Assembly (NCBI GenBank): GCA_905478555.1
Contig: CAJQIZ010000011.1
Span: 6,279-70,278, forward strand
Source: an uncultured Flavobacteriales bacterium
GTDB lineage: Bacteria; Bacteroidota; Bacteroidia; Flavobacteriales; BACL11
Length of the DNA stretch: 64,000 nt
Reading direction: 5' to 3'
Position numbers and translations under genes: made by a program. How positions within the stretch are numbered: position 1 is the stretch's first letter; each line of letters opens with the position of its first letter. The notes beneath the pieces were generated by a model. It ran no database searches. It saw nothing but the letters and a program-made list of their open reading frames with translations, and was not told where the DNA came from. Below, in pieces: positions 37,812 through 48,800 of the stretch.

Positions 37812-40330
37812 TAAATTAGTAGTTTCTCAGTTTTTATAGTTATATCTTCTATTTTTATTTTATAAATATAGATTCCTTTCTTTAAATTAGAGCAATTTAT
37901 AATATTACTTTCATTAGTTAATTTCTCCTCTAATATAAACTGGCCAGTTATATTAAAGATTTGAATACTCCCCTCTTTTAAAGTATAGTCAGTGTTTACA
38001 GTAAACATCCCTTCTGTAGGGTTTGGATAAATAGCTATGAAAGAAGGATTAATTGAAGAAATAGAAGCGGGGAATGAATTTAAATCACTTTCCCAAACCC
38101 CCCTTCCAAAAGTAGCTGCTCTTAGTTTTCCTATAGTATACTGAATTTCTAATTCCCTTACACTTACAAATGGTAATCCGCTATTAAAAAGTTGCCATTC
38201 GCTCATTGTACTATCTTTATGATACACTCCTATATCTGTTCCAATATATAAATCATCTTTTGCGTATTCTTGGAAAATGATACAATTCACGGGTAGGTTT
38301 GGCAACATACTACCTGAAATATTAGTCCAATTACTCCCTCCATCTATACTTTCATATACCTTCTGATCTGCATTATAGGAAGACATAGTTACAAAAACTC
38401 TATCTGGGTCCAGATTTGAAACCGTTACATCTGATATAGTTCCTCCTGGAAGTCCATTTTTTATATAATTCCAATTTTGCCCATCATCTTTAGTAACCCA
38501 TAATCCAGAATATGTTGCAGCATAAATATAATCTAAATTTGAGGGAGCTAAAGCAATTGTTTTTAAATCCCCGTATGATGGAGAGATAGAATCCCAAGAA
38601 GCTCCTCCAGTTGAACTTTTATAAACAACATTATAACCGGCAACTAGTACATTATTATCTAATGGATGCATTTTATAAGGTGTTACCCAAGACCCTTCAT
38701 AACTTACAGGTTTTATATTATTCCAATCTACTCCTCCATTATAAGTTACTCTTAATCCTCCGTATTGTGATGTAGAATAGATGATATCATCATTATATTG
38801 GTCAATTATACATTCCATTCCGTCAGACCCTCTAATAGCATCCCAAGTAGTTCCACTTAATCTTTCTGTTCCGTTATCTTGCGCTCCAACTACTAATGTA
38901 TAATCGCTATTTTTAGATAATCCTAATTTATAAAATTGAGAAATTTCTAAACCATCACTGATGTCTATCCAAGTATTTAAGTTATTAAAATATTTATAAA
39001 TCCCACCATCATTTCCTGCGTATGCAGTATTGTTTATGGGATTAAATTCTGTTGCATGTTGATCTACGTGCATGTAAGAATAATTAGATCCATTCCCACT
39101 GCTCCCAGAAATATTCCATGTAACTCCTCCGTCGGTGGATTCCCAAAGATTTATTCCTCCAACAATAATATGATTCTCATCAGTTGTAGAAACAGCTAAA
39201 CTCATATCGTACCAAGATTGTCCCCCAGTACTACTACCATCTGTGTCTCTTCCTAAAATATTAGATGTATCGGATTGTAAACTCCAACTATCTCCTCCAT
39301 CTGTTGATTTATATAAACCGTGGTACCCCCAAGCGTTATCAGAAAACAAAGCGTAAACTACCTCTGAGTTAATTGGTGTGATTGCAATTAAAGGTCTTCT
39401 TTTATTACTATTCGATATTCCATTAGCACAAGTTTGCCATGTCGCTCCTCCATCTAAAGAACGGTATACATTTGAAGTTCCGCTTGTTTGTTTTGTAGCG
39501 TATAAAACATTAGTGTTTTCCGGTTTATAATGAATATCTCTCCATCTCCCATTACCTCCAACAATATTCCAATTTACACCACCATCAGCTGTCACATAGA
39601 TATTATTTTCTGTAACTGCAAAAATACTATCGGTATAATTTGGGTTCATTTCTAGTTTACTTACTTCATATTCTTGATTAATATTAAAACTTAATCCTGT
39701 TGTATCCCATGTAATACCACCATCAATACTTTTTAGAACTCCAATCGAGTAAGTATCTCCACCATCTGCATCACCAGTTGCAAGATACATTATATCGGTA
39801 TTAGTAGGGTCTATTAATATATCTGAAACTCCTAAAACAGGTAAGTTATCTGTGGTGGTACTCCATGTATCTCCACCATCCATTGTTTTCCACAAACCTC
39901 CACCAGGAGATCCTATCCAAAAAATATCAGGATTAACTGGATCAAAGGTGATACAATTTACCCTACCATTTCCTCTCTTTTTATTGTTTGATTGTATAAT
40001 AGGAACATCAAAAGGGCCTAGTGGGTTCCAGTTTGAAGTGGCAGATTCACCTTTTCTATTTTTAATTTTCATCCACTCTCTCCAAAGAGAAGAAGAAGGG
40101 AAATTACCATTTTCATCTACTCTTGATTCTAAAAAATCTATTGTTCTCGCGTAGGGTTTGTATCCATTTCCTTTTGTGTAAGTTATATTTTCTCTGTACT
40201 CATCAAATGAATTTTTTAAATCAAAAAAATTAGCATTCGTATTTTTATTTAACGCATTTTCTTTCCAAATTTGAGAAAAAGATACTGTGCTAAATATTAA
40301 GGTGATAGATAAAATGGTTATTTTTTTCAT
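37808..40330 (-). CDS. secreted BNR/Asp-box beta-propeller protein with T9SS type-A C-terminal domain
   Basis: 840 aa. Signal peptide and about ten S/T-x-D-G-G-x-T/S-W Asp-box motifs (TMDGGDTWS, SIDGGITWD, SLDGGATWQ, STDGGDSWS, STDGGVTWN, SIDGGSNWT and others). This fits a double propeller of the VPS10/GH74-like type. C-terminal IYPNPTEGMFTVN...KGIYIYKIK sorting domain. Confidence 0.7.
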   Translation of the reverse strand: MKKITILSITLIFSTVSFSQIWKENALNKNTNANFFDLKNSFDEYRENITYTKGNGYKPYARTIDFLESRVDENGNFPSSSLWREWMKIKNRKGESATSNWNPLGPFDVPIIQSNNKKRGNGRVNCITFDPVNPDIFWIGSPGGGLWKTMDGGDTWSTTTDNLPVLGVSDILIDPTNTDIMYLATGDADGGDTYSIGVLKSIDGGITWDTTGLSFNINQEYEVSKLEMNPNYTDSIFAVTENNIYVTADGGVNWNIVGGNGRWRDIHYKPENTNVLYATKQTSGTSNVYRSLDGGATWQTCANGISNSNKRRPLIAITPINSEVVYALFSDNAWGYHGLYKSTDGGDSWSLQSDTSNILGRDTDGSSTGGQSWYDMSLAVSTTDENHIIVGGINLWESTDGGVTWNISGSSGNGSNYSYMHVDQHATEFNPINNTAYAGNDGGIYKYFNNLNTWIDISDGLEISQFYKLGLSKNSDYTLVVGAQDNGTERLSGTTWDAIRGSDGMECIIDQYNDDIIYSTSQYGGLRVTYNGGVDWNNIKPVSYEGSWVTPYKMHPLDNNVLVAGYNVVYKSSTGGASWDSISPSYGDLKTIALAPSNLDYIYAATYSGLWVTKDDGQNWNYIKNGLPGGTISDVTVSNLDPDRVFVTMSSYNADQKVYESIDGGSNWTNISGSMLPNLPVNCIIFQEYAKDDLYIGTDIGVYHKDSTMSEWQLFNSGLPFVSVRELEIQYTIGKLRAATFGRGVWESDLNSFPASISSINPSFIAIYPNPTEGMFTVNTDYTLKEGSIQIFNITGQFILEEKLTNESNIINCSNLKKGIYIYKIKIEDITIKTEKLLIY

Positions 40331-40342
40331 AATAAATAGGTT

Positions 40343-42490
40343 TTAAAAATTGGTTTGCAAAGATATGATAAAGTTTCTACCACTGGCACTTAATCCGGAG
40401 GCAAATGTTTTGTAATGCGCATCTAATATGTTTTCGCAAGAAACAGATATCCTAATTTTATTTAACTGTTTTGTATATCTTAAATTTAGAGTATACCAAG
40501 ATGGAGTGCCATCAATCGTAGCTTCCTCAATATTGTCTATGCCATTAGCGTCAAAATTAATTACTTTTTTCCAAGCGTTATACTTTGTGTAAAATGTAAT
40601 TTCAGATTTTTTATTACTCTTAAAGTTTAACTCCCCTCTGATAGATAAAGGTGGAATGTGTGCAAGTGGAAGTGAGTCGGAGCTCCAACCGTTCACATAT
40701 GAACTATTTAAATTAACATCTATTTTAGGAGATAATTTTTGATAGAAATTGAAGTTAACTCCAAACATTCTAGCTGAGTTTATATTTGTATTTGCTATCA
40801 TTTTCATCATTTCACCATCATATAACATAGAGTCTATGTCATTAATAGTTATATCTCTTTTAGATATAGCATCTTTTAAGTGGGTAGCAAAAACAGAAAA
40901 TTCTATCTTATTATCTTCATTTGTAAGTCGATACATTAATTCAGTTGATACTATTTTTTCTGATTGTAAACTCATATTTGGCACAACCACTATTCCATCT
41001 ATTTTTGAGAATACTTTTCCAATATCATCTATATTCGGATTTCGGAATGCGTTATAAATTGATAAAGAAACAAAATTTTTATCTCCTAAATAATAAGAAA
41101 GGTTGCTACTAGCAGATATATTTGAATTTTGTAATTCTATTTTATCATTTAAATTAAAAAGATTATTTTCTGAGAATTGAGCACTCAAATTCTCTTTATC
41201 AAAACGAATCGCATTAAAATATTTTATATTTGAATTAATATGATATTCTGACAATAGAAAAGAAGAAAAACTAAATACTTCACTTCCATTATCTGGATAT
41301 CTAGAAGCAGCAAACTCAATATTGTTATCTTGATCAATCGTATTGGCAGTAGATTTTAAATTTTGATATCTTCCACTAATTCCATAATTTAAATCCCATT
41401 TTTTATATTGCTTATTAAATGATATTTTGGAATCGTAAACATGAATATTTTCTATTCTATTTGTAATAAAATTATCACTATTTTTCTGAGTGTGCCTACT
41501 CTCTATTATTTGTTGATGTGATAATAACAATTCTGTTTTTTCTGAATAAAATTTTTCTTTTTTATTGGTGTATTTTATGGAGTTTAATAATCTTTTTTGA
41601 GGTCCGTAGTACCAATGTTTATATTTAGCTTCATTATTATTAATATCATTTAATTTATCAAATCTATTAATATTAGTGCTGGTAGAAAATTGATTATTTA
41701 TTAGTATTTCAGATTTTTCATTTAATTGAAAGTGTGTTTTCTGATTTAGATCTATTTGGGAATAACTACCAAATAATTGTATGTTCTTTTCTGTTGCAAA
41801 TTCTTCTGTTCCCCAATTATCATATCCATGAAATCTATTAGTTCCCATTGTTAAGTTCCCAAATTTTTTATAACTCAGAGATATAATATTAGAAATATTT
41901 TTAAACTTAGTGATTTTGTGAATGTGGTTGATAAATGAGTTAGAAGAACTCTCGAATTGTGAACTAAAAGTAGTGTGCTTTTCATTAGAATAATAAGGAT
42001 TAATTGTATTTATTACAATGGATCCTCCTAAAGCTCCACTACCATAAAATATTGAGGATGGACCGTGCAAAACACTTAAGTTGTCTATAATATTTTGATC
42101 TACACTTAATATACTTTGTAGATGTCCACTTCTATATATGGTGTTATTAAGTTTTACTCCATCTACAATTAGTAAAATCCTATTTGCTTCAAAACCTCTA
42201 ATATTAGGACTCCCCCCCCCGTTCTGACTTTTCTGAATTACTATTGCGGTAGTTTTTTCTAAAAGTTCTGCTGTATTATTACTTTGTGAGTTAGAGATTT
42301 CCTTTCTATCTAATCTTATAATCTGTGTTTTATTATCTTCTACATTCAAAGTTGTGTGTATTGATATCTCTTTTAGTAGAAGATTGTTTTTTATAAGATA
42401 ATTATCTAGTGTATCTGTAGAGGTACTTTCTTGTGAGTAACTAAATTGAACTAAACTTAAAAGTAAATTTAATAGGAAAATTTTCTTCAT
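40343..42490 (-). CDS. TonB-dependent outer-membrane receptor
   Basis: 715 aa. Signal peptide, plug-domain motifs (VIQKSQNGGGSPNIRGFE, IDGVKLNN), long beta-barrel, C-terminal terminal Phe (LQTNF). Confidence 0.85.
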   Translation of the reverse strand: MKKIFLLNLLLSLVQFSYSQESTSTDTLDNYLIKNNLLLKEISIHTTLNVEDNKTQIIRLDRKEISNSQSNNTAELLEKTTAIVIQKSQNGGGSPNIRGFEANRILLIVDGVKLNNTIYRSGHLQSILSVDQNIIDNLSVLHGPSSIFYGSGALGGSIVINTINPYYSNEKHTTFSSQFESSSNSFINHIHKITKFKNISNIISLSYKKFGNLTMGTNRFHGYDNWGTEEFATEKNIQLFGSYSQIDLNQKTHFQLNEKSEILINNQFSTSTNINRFDKLNDINNNEAKYKHWYYGPQKRLLNSIKYTNKKEKFYSEKTELLLSHQQIIESRHTQKNSDNFITNRIENIHVYDSKISFNKQYKKWDLNYGISGRYQNLKSTANTIDQDNNIEFAASRYPDNGSEVFSFSSFLLSEYHINSNIKYFNAIRFDKENLSAQFSENNLFNLNDKIELQNSNISASSNLSYYLGDKNFVSLSIYNAFRNPNIDDIGKVFSKIDGIVVVPNMSLQSEKIVSTELMYRLTNEDNKIEFSVFATHLKDAISKRDITINDIDSMLYDGEMMKMIANTNINSARMFGVNFNFYQKLSPKIDVNLNSSYVNGWSSDSLPLAHIPPLSIRGELNFKSNKKSEITFYTKYNAWKKVINFDANGIDNIEEATIDGTPSWYTLNLRYTKQLNKIRISVSCENILDAHYKTFASGLSASGRNFIISLQTNF
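42212..42220 (-). repeat. G9 homopolymer (C9 on + strand) encoding Gly91-Gly93 of the TonB-dependent receptor
   Basis: Counted directly: t(42211) ccccccccc(42212-42220) g(42221). In frame as GGG GGG GGG. The longest G/C run I saw in the window. Confidence 0.9.
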
Positions 42491-43185
42491 ATTCTTAATG
42501 ATTCTATTACTTCATACGATCTTAGTTTATCTATATTATAATGATGTAGTTTATAGTATTTTTGAAGTGATTGTAATAATTCTTTTCGGTTTTTATGTGG
42601 GATATCTTCCTCTTCCTCCTTTAGTAGAGACACAAAATAGTTTTTATTTTCCCCACTAATATTATAATAGTTAGATTGATTCGTAAAACAGGAGTTCTCT
42701 AAATCGAACACCTCTTTTTCGGAATTTATTGTAGAAGGTGGGAATCCCAAATACTTACTTAATTTTAAGAGAAAAATTAAAGAGAAATTTTTGTTTAATT
42801 CTCCCTTTTTATTTATTAACAAGATTATATTTTCTATATACTTAAACATATTTTTATCTTCTTCTGACTCTGTTAGGACTTTAAGTAAAATTTCAGCAAT
42901 AAACATACTCATGAATCTTTTGCTTATATTTCCCATCAACTCTATTAAAGCTATTTCGCTTCTTATTTCTTTTATGTATTGAATATTTCTTTTAGAAATA
43001 TTAGAAGCCTCCATATTAACTAGGTTAAGCGCTTGTAAAAGATTTACCTTATTTTTTGATTTTTTATTTCTAACCCCTTTTAAAACATAGGTCTGAAGTC
43101 CAGATTCTTCTGTAAATATTTTGACTATTACAGAACTTTCAGAGTATTTATAGTAGTGGAGAACAATTCCCTTTGTTGATTCCAT
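42487..43185 (-). CDS. recO: DNA repair protein RecO
   Basis: 232 aa. N-terminal OB-fold pattern (KGIVLHYYKYSESSVIVKIFTEESGLQTY) typical of RecO. Its stop overlaps the receptor start (ATGA). Confidence 0.78.
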   Translation of the reverse strand: MESTKGIVLHYYKYSESSVIVKIFTEESGLQTYVLKGVRNKKSKNKVNLLQALNLVNMEASNISKRNIQYIKEIRSEIALIELMGNISKRFMSMFIAEILLKVLTESEEDKNMFKYIENIILLINKKGELNKNFSLIFLLKLSKYLGFPPSTINSEKEVFDLENSCFTNQSNYYNISGENKNYFVSLLKEEEEDIPHKNRKELLQSLQKYYKLHHYNIDKLRSYEVIESLRI

Positions 43186-43186
43186 T

Positions 43187-45343
43187 TTATTGAATAAATA
43201 GAATTTTTCCTACTGACTTTTCTTTTCCGTACTTATCAGAGCTAAAAACTAGATATACTCCAGTACCTACTCTTTGTTTAATTGTGTTTTCACCATTCCA
43301 TATTGCCATTCCTCCATTTGATGTAGTCTCAAAAATAAGATTTCCTGATATATCTGTAATTTTCACATCTGATTCGTAAGCAAGTCCCCTTATACTTATT
43401 GCCCCATGATAATCCTCTCTTATTGGGTTAGGAGTTATTTCTAATTTTTCCGTGTTTTGAAAGGAATTAATTGCGTCATTTTTAAAACTCATTAATCCCT
43501 TATCTGTAGAAATGTAAACTTCTCCTGTATTGTGATTGATTTCAATATCAAGTATTGTATTAGAAATTAAAGGGCTATTTTCAGTTGTAAAATGATAAAT
43601 TTGTTCTGTACCATCTTCAGATAATAGATAAACTCCTGATTCTAATGTGCCTATCCATTTCCTGTTAGCTTTATCTACTGCTATAGAGTATACAATTTCT
43701 GATTCTAATAAATACTGTCCAAAGCCGTTTTCTTCTACAATTATTTGCTGAGCGTCAAAATTATATCCGCTAAATACTGATGATGGAGAGTAAAATACAC
43801 AAATCCCTTCTTTGGTACCTACCCATATGTTTCCATCTAAATCATTTGCTAGTGCGTACACTTCTTTATTTGGTAGGTTTCCGTTACCAATAGTAGTGGT
43901 AATTACTTTATACTGATCGTCTGTTTTGTCTTCTATAGTTTCGTTATCATTTAAAACAAAAATTCCAATTCCATCAACAGATCCCCATTTCTGACCATAA
44001 TTATCTATTATTAAGTCTCTTATTTCTCTATCATTGGGTAGTTGTGGCATCCAGAAATAAGTCCAATAATTGTCTACCGTTTTAACAAATAGAATCTTAC
44101 CAGAATTAGATATTGTTCCCCATAAATTATTGTTTTCATCTTTTATAAGATTACTAATATTGTAATTTGTATCTAGAATATTTTGTGTGTTTCCAGTTGT
44201 GTAATTAACTATTTCATTTATCCCTTTAGTTCTTTTACTTAATCCGCTTGTAGAGCTTCCGTAAAAAGTCATGTCTCCTATTTTTTCAATAGAGATAGTG
44301 TTTTTATAATAGTTAATTATTTCCCACTCAAAATTATCAGAACTTCTAGATACACTATTTTCATTGCTATTATGAAGAATAACTATTTCATCATCTATTA
44401 TCTTAATATTTTCAATTGAATTAATATAAGGACCATTTGGTTTTACAGTAGAATGGTAAAGAAAGTTTTCATATTTCATGAGGGAATTTACACTATCTGT
44501 TATCCAAAGAATATCGTCTTTATCTAACCAAACATCTTGTATCTTGCTAAAGTTTGAATCCGTACTTATTTCTGATATAAGATTACCATTTTGATAAATA
44601 CTAATAATTACTCCGAATATTTCTAGGTAATATCCATTGCTATTTCTTACTTTTACATAAGGATATTGATTGTTAAAAAGCATTCCCCAAGAATTTACAA
44701 TTATTTCAGAAACTTCAGTAGCGTAGGATGGGTGTTTAGTCCAACTATTAAAATCAAATAAAGTGTTTGAGTTTTTATCCGCAAAATATGCTCCGTCAGT
44801 TGCACCAACAAAAATGCAAGTATCGTCTATATAACAATCGTTTATACCTACAAAATTTCCGTTCTCCCCTATTTTATAAGTATCTTTTATTTCCTCCTTT
44901 TTTAAGTCTAAAAGTACTAATCCGAATGTGCAAGATAAATATGCTGTACCATCTATTATATCAATATTATTTATTTTCTTTTCTCCAAAAATATCTTTTA
45001 ATTTAATGTCAGTTATATTTATAAAACTACCATCTTTTATTAAGTCAATATTTGTGTTGTTATAAGCAATTACCACAATTTTATTTTCTTTATCGTACGC
45101 AAGACAGGAGATTCCTACATCTGAGAGCCCGTTTATTTTATTTAAACGGTTTATGGTATAATCATCTTTATTGTAATAAAAAAGACCATTTTCAGTAGCA
45201 CAATAAATATTATTTTCTACTTCTATAATAGACTTTGCATTTTTATATGCAAGTTGATCTTCCCAATTATAAAGAGCGCTATTCTGACCACTAGAAATGT
45301 TGCAGATTAAATTGAAAATAAGAAAGTATATTATTTTATTCAT
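43187..45343 (-). CDS. double beta-propeller (two-component-regulator-propeller type) protein with T9SS CTD, PorZ-like
   Basis: 718 aa. Signal peptide, repeated propeller-blade-like segments (GLFYY, WIGT, GVYLL, GLMSF), C-terminal CTD-like tail ending GVYLVFSS...GKILFIQ. The PorZ assignment is from recalled architecture only. Confidence 0.42.
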   Translation of the reverse strand: MNKIIYFLIFNLICNISSGQNSALYNWEDQLAYKNAKSIIEVENNIYCATENGLFYYNKDDYTINRLNKINGLSDVGISCLAYDKENKIVVIAYNNTNIDLIKDGSFINITDIKLKDIFGEKKINNIDIIDGTAYLSCTFGLVLLDLKKEEIKDTYKIGENGNFVGINDCYIDDTCIFVGATDGAYFADKNSNTLFDFNSWTKHPSYATEVSEIIVNSWGMLFNNQYPYVKVRNSNGYYLEIFGVIISIYQNGNLISEISTDSNFSKIQDVWLDKDDILWITDSVNSLMKYENFLYHSTVKPNGPYINSIENIKIIDDEIVILHNSNENSVSRSSDNFEWEIINYYKNTISIEKIGDMTFYGSSTSGLSKRTKGINEIVNYTTGNTQNILDTNYNISNLIKDENNNLWGTISNSGKILFVKTVDNYWTYFWMPQLPNDREIRDLIIDNYGQKWGSVDGIGIFVLNDNETIEDKTDDQYKVITTTIGNGNLPNKEVYALANDLDGNIWVGTKEGICVFYSPSSVFSGYNFDAQQIIVEENGFGQYLLESEIVYSIAVDKANRKWIGTLESGVYLLSEDGTEQIYHFTTENSPLISNTILDIEINHNTGEVYISTDKGLMSFKNDAINSFQNTEKLEITPNPIREDYHGAISIRGLAYESDVKITDISGNLIFETTSNGGMAIWNGENTIKQRVGTGVYLVFSSDKYGKEKSVGKILFIQ

Positions 45344-45418
45344 TGGACTACAATATTAAAACTTATTGATTAGATAACATTAAGTTTATACAAAAATTGT
45401 AGGACTAAAGTTCTTTTG

Positions 45419-45426
45419 TAGTTTTG
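45419..45426 (+). promoter_or_regulatory. -7 box TAGTTTTG, 7 nt upstream of tRNA-Arg
   Basis: Exact TAnnTTTG match. Predicts a very short 5' leader on the tRNA precursor. Confidence 0.45.
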
Positions 45427-45433
45427 CAGAAAT

Positions 45434-45507
45434 GGCCTAGTAGTTCAACTGGATAGAATATCAGATTTCGGCTCTGACGGTTGGGGGTTCGAATCCCTCC
45501 TAGGTCA
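45434..45507 (+). tRNA. tRNA-Arg (anticodon TCG)
   Basis: Hand-folded 74-nt cloverleaf. Acceptor GGCCTAG/CTAGGTC, anticodon stem TCAGA/TCTGA with loop TTTCGGC, T-arm GGGGG-TTCGAAT-CCCTC. Confidence 0.9.
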
Positions 45508-45780
45508 CTATTAAAAATCCTTTTATTCTAGTGATTGCATGTCTTATTGTTTAGTAGGTCAGTATTTAGACCACTTTCATTCTCTTTTTCACTTATCAAT
45601 GTTTATAACTATACTTATTGATTCACTAATTTGAACGTTTGCTATAGTCTTTTTCTTACCAAAAATATATGGTAATAGCTTTGTTATTGAATTGTTGTAA
45701 TCATTAGGGTACTCTATTTTGTTTAGCATCTCTCTAATCTTATTGGGATCTCCTACTTTTCCTATTTTTATTTTTTTTTG

Positions 45781-45788
45781 TATGTTTG
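45781..45788 (+). promoter_or_regulatory. -7 box TATGTTTG, 13 nt upstream of the adhesin ATG (45802)
   Basis: Exact TAnnTTTG match, preceded by a T9 run (45771-45779). It lies inside the longer track ORF, which supports the 45802 start. Confidence 0.35.
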
Positions 45789-45801
45789 TAAAACAAAAAT
45801 T

Positions 45802-48800
45802 ATGAAAAAATTATTTATTATATTATTTTTCTCAACTATTAGCTTAAACATTTATAGTACCCATCTGATGGGTGGTGAGATAACATACACATGTATTAAG
45901 AGTGGTCCAAATGAAGGATTCTATGTGTTTAATGTTGTTATTTACAGAGATTGTGGAGGTATACCTATAGACACCTCAACCTTTCTTAATGTTCATAACA
46001 ATCCACTACTTCAAACTATAACATTAAATTATATTGAATCAAACGATATTTCGCCTTCTTGTAATACATTAGATGGAAACAATATAATGTATAGTTGTGG
46101 AGGTAGTAATCAGGCTAGTGCAGGAAACGGCATAGGGGCAGTTGAAGAACATGTATATCGATCAGATACAATAAGGATATTAGGAGTTCCAGATCAGGAT
46201 GGATGGCATTTTACTTGGTCAGACTGTTGTAGAAATGGTGCAATTATTAATATTACTAATCCAAATAATTATGGATTTACATTGAGGACCGCTATGTATC
46301 CTTATACTGACTCATCGGGTGTTGTTTGGCCAAATAATAATAATTGTTTCGATAATTCCCCTGTTTTTTATGAGAAGCCACGTACAATTATTGAAACCTA
46401 TAATGGTTATGATTCATTATCGATATTTAATGGATTTACTTATAGTCACAACGCTTATGATGTTGAGTTAGATTCCATTGCTTATGAATTCGCACCTCCT
46501 TTAGATGAAACAGGATATGATTATTTAAATCCTAATGCTACATCAATTCCGTTTTCTGCCCCATATTCATATACTATGCCTATTAATGCAATTACTATGA
46601 ACCAAAATTCTGGTAGAACTTCATATCCTGCAAGCTTACAGGGTAATTTTGTTACATGTACTAAAGTATCATCATTTAGATGTGGACAATTAATTTCAGA
46701 AGTTTTTAGAGAAATTCAAGTTGTTGTTACTTCTCCAATTTGCAATCTAGGAGATACAACCAATGGAAATATAGGAGCGGATACCTTATGTAATGTACGT
46801 CCAAATGTTCAAGCTCCATTTTACTACCCAAATCTTACTCCGCAATATCAATGGGACACAATGATTCATTGCGGAGATACTGTTTCATTTGATTTTATAG
46901 CAAATGATTACGACTTTTATCCGAATGGATCTAGACAAGATTTATTATTTGAGGTTTCAGGAGGCCAATTTTATGATTACAACAATAATCAGCCTTGTAT
47001 AAATCCTCCTTGTGCAACTTTTGAAGATATTTCTACAGGAAATACTCCACCATTTATTTCAAGTGGTGGTCAAGGTGGAGGCGAGTTTAACTGGATTACC
47101 GATTGTAATCAATTAACTAATGGATGTAATGTTCAAGGACCAAGTATATATTCTTTTGTAATTAAGGTTTCAGATGATTTCTGTCCTGCTCCCGCTATAG
47201 AAAATACATCGCAAGTTATTTCAATTTTAGTTTTTCCGCCTTGTAATAATTTAAAAACGGGTCTCTCTACTATAAACGCTACTTGTAATATAAATGATGG
47301 AATTGCTAATTCTGTTCCGTTTGGAGGAACCCCGCCTTATACTAAGTATTGGACTGACATCAACGGAATTAATGTTAATCCAGATTCTTTATATGTAGGT
47401 ACATACTTATTAAGAGTTATTGATTCAACTTTATGTGAAACGATTGACACATTTGATATTAATGGACCTGTGTTATTGAATTTAAATAGTAATACAACAA
47501 ATGTCTCTTGTAATGGAGGTAGCAATGGATCAATCGATATTTCTTCTAATTCAGTGTTATTTTATAATTGGAACACTGGTGACACTTCGCAAGACTTATA
47601 CAATTTAAATTCGGGAACATATACTTTAAATGCAATAGATGCATTTGGATGTAGTACCAATCAATCATTTGTAATATCAGAACCAATTTTATTAACATTA
47701 CAAAGTCTTATTTCTGATGCTAGTTGCTATGGATTTAACGATGCGTATATTGATATCTCCACTAATGGAGGGTTTTTACCATTTCAGTATTTATGGAATA
47801 CAGGTGATACATCTCAAAGCATTCAAAATATAGGAGTAGGTACGTATACTTTATCTGTAATTGACCAGAATAATTGTATTATTACAGACTCTTTTCAAAT
47901 TAGTCAGCCTAATATATTAGTAAATAATATAATTAGCTCTTCAGTTACATGTAATGGGTTAAGTGATGGTAATATTACAACAAATCAAACAGGGGGAACC
48001 CCACCATACTTATTTCTGTGGAATACAAATAATACGACACAATCAATTTCAAGTATTGTCGCTGGTATTTACACTTTAACAGTTTCTGATTCTAATAATT
48101 GTTCTTTAATTGATTCAGTGTTAATAATTCAACCTGATAGTTTAGTATCTAATATTTTATTAGACACAACTAATTTTACTGCCTCTGTTTTTGGAGGTAC
48201 TTCACCATATATTTATGAGTTCTATGGGCCAACTGGATTTATTTTATCTAGCACTAATGCTTCTGGAGGTCCTATTTCTGTTAATTTAAATAATCCTGGA
48301 TACTATAGTTTTGTGGTTATTGATGCAAATAATTGTACTGACTCAGTTAGTGTATATTACGGGAACAATTTTTCTCCAACTATAGATGTAACTTTATCAA
48401 ATGTTTATTGTGATAGTTTATCTAGTTTAACAATAACAGTTAGTCAGGATTCTTTAGAAGTTGATATGTCAACAGCTTTATTTCAGTCAAATGCAGGATA
48501 CTTTAATATCGTTTCTTTAAGTGTAGGAGATACAATTGGAACTGCGTATCTAATGGCAGCAGGTGGTAATATATCAATTAATACCTTTTTGGTTGTTAGT
48601 AGTATCATTTCAATAGATCAAGCAATAATTACTGCTTGTTCTTGGGCAAATGGATGCTTGGGCAGTTTTGCTATTACAAATTCTCCCAATGGAGGAATAG
48701 AGATATTTTCTCAGACTGTTCCTGACGGTAATAATTATACACAAGGAAATATGAATTCAATTACATTTGATAATTTATTTGTTAATCCATGTGTTCCTTT

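Noticed and set aside
40343-42490. Cobalamin or other riboswitch upstream of the TonB-dependent receptor
   Set aside because: The receptor start overlaps the recO stop (ATGA), leaving no leader that could hold a riboswitch.
45771-45779. T9 tract directly upstream of the adhesin -7 box, considered as a promoter phase-variation tract
   Set aside because: T8-T9 runs are common in this AT-rich DNA (e.g. 3471-3479, 35670-35678), so the tract alone is not informative. It also lies upstream of the -7 box, not clearly within a -33/-7 spacer.
45508-45801. Possible integrated mobile element at tRNA-Arg, including a 47-codon minus-strand ORF (MLNKIEYPNDYNNSITKLLPYIFGKK...)
   Set aside because: I could find no integrase, recombinase or transposase gene, and no direct repeat of the tRNA 3' end downstream. 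The small ORF has no recognisable motif. The block is reported only as accessory-looking.
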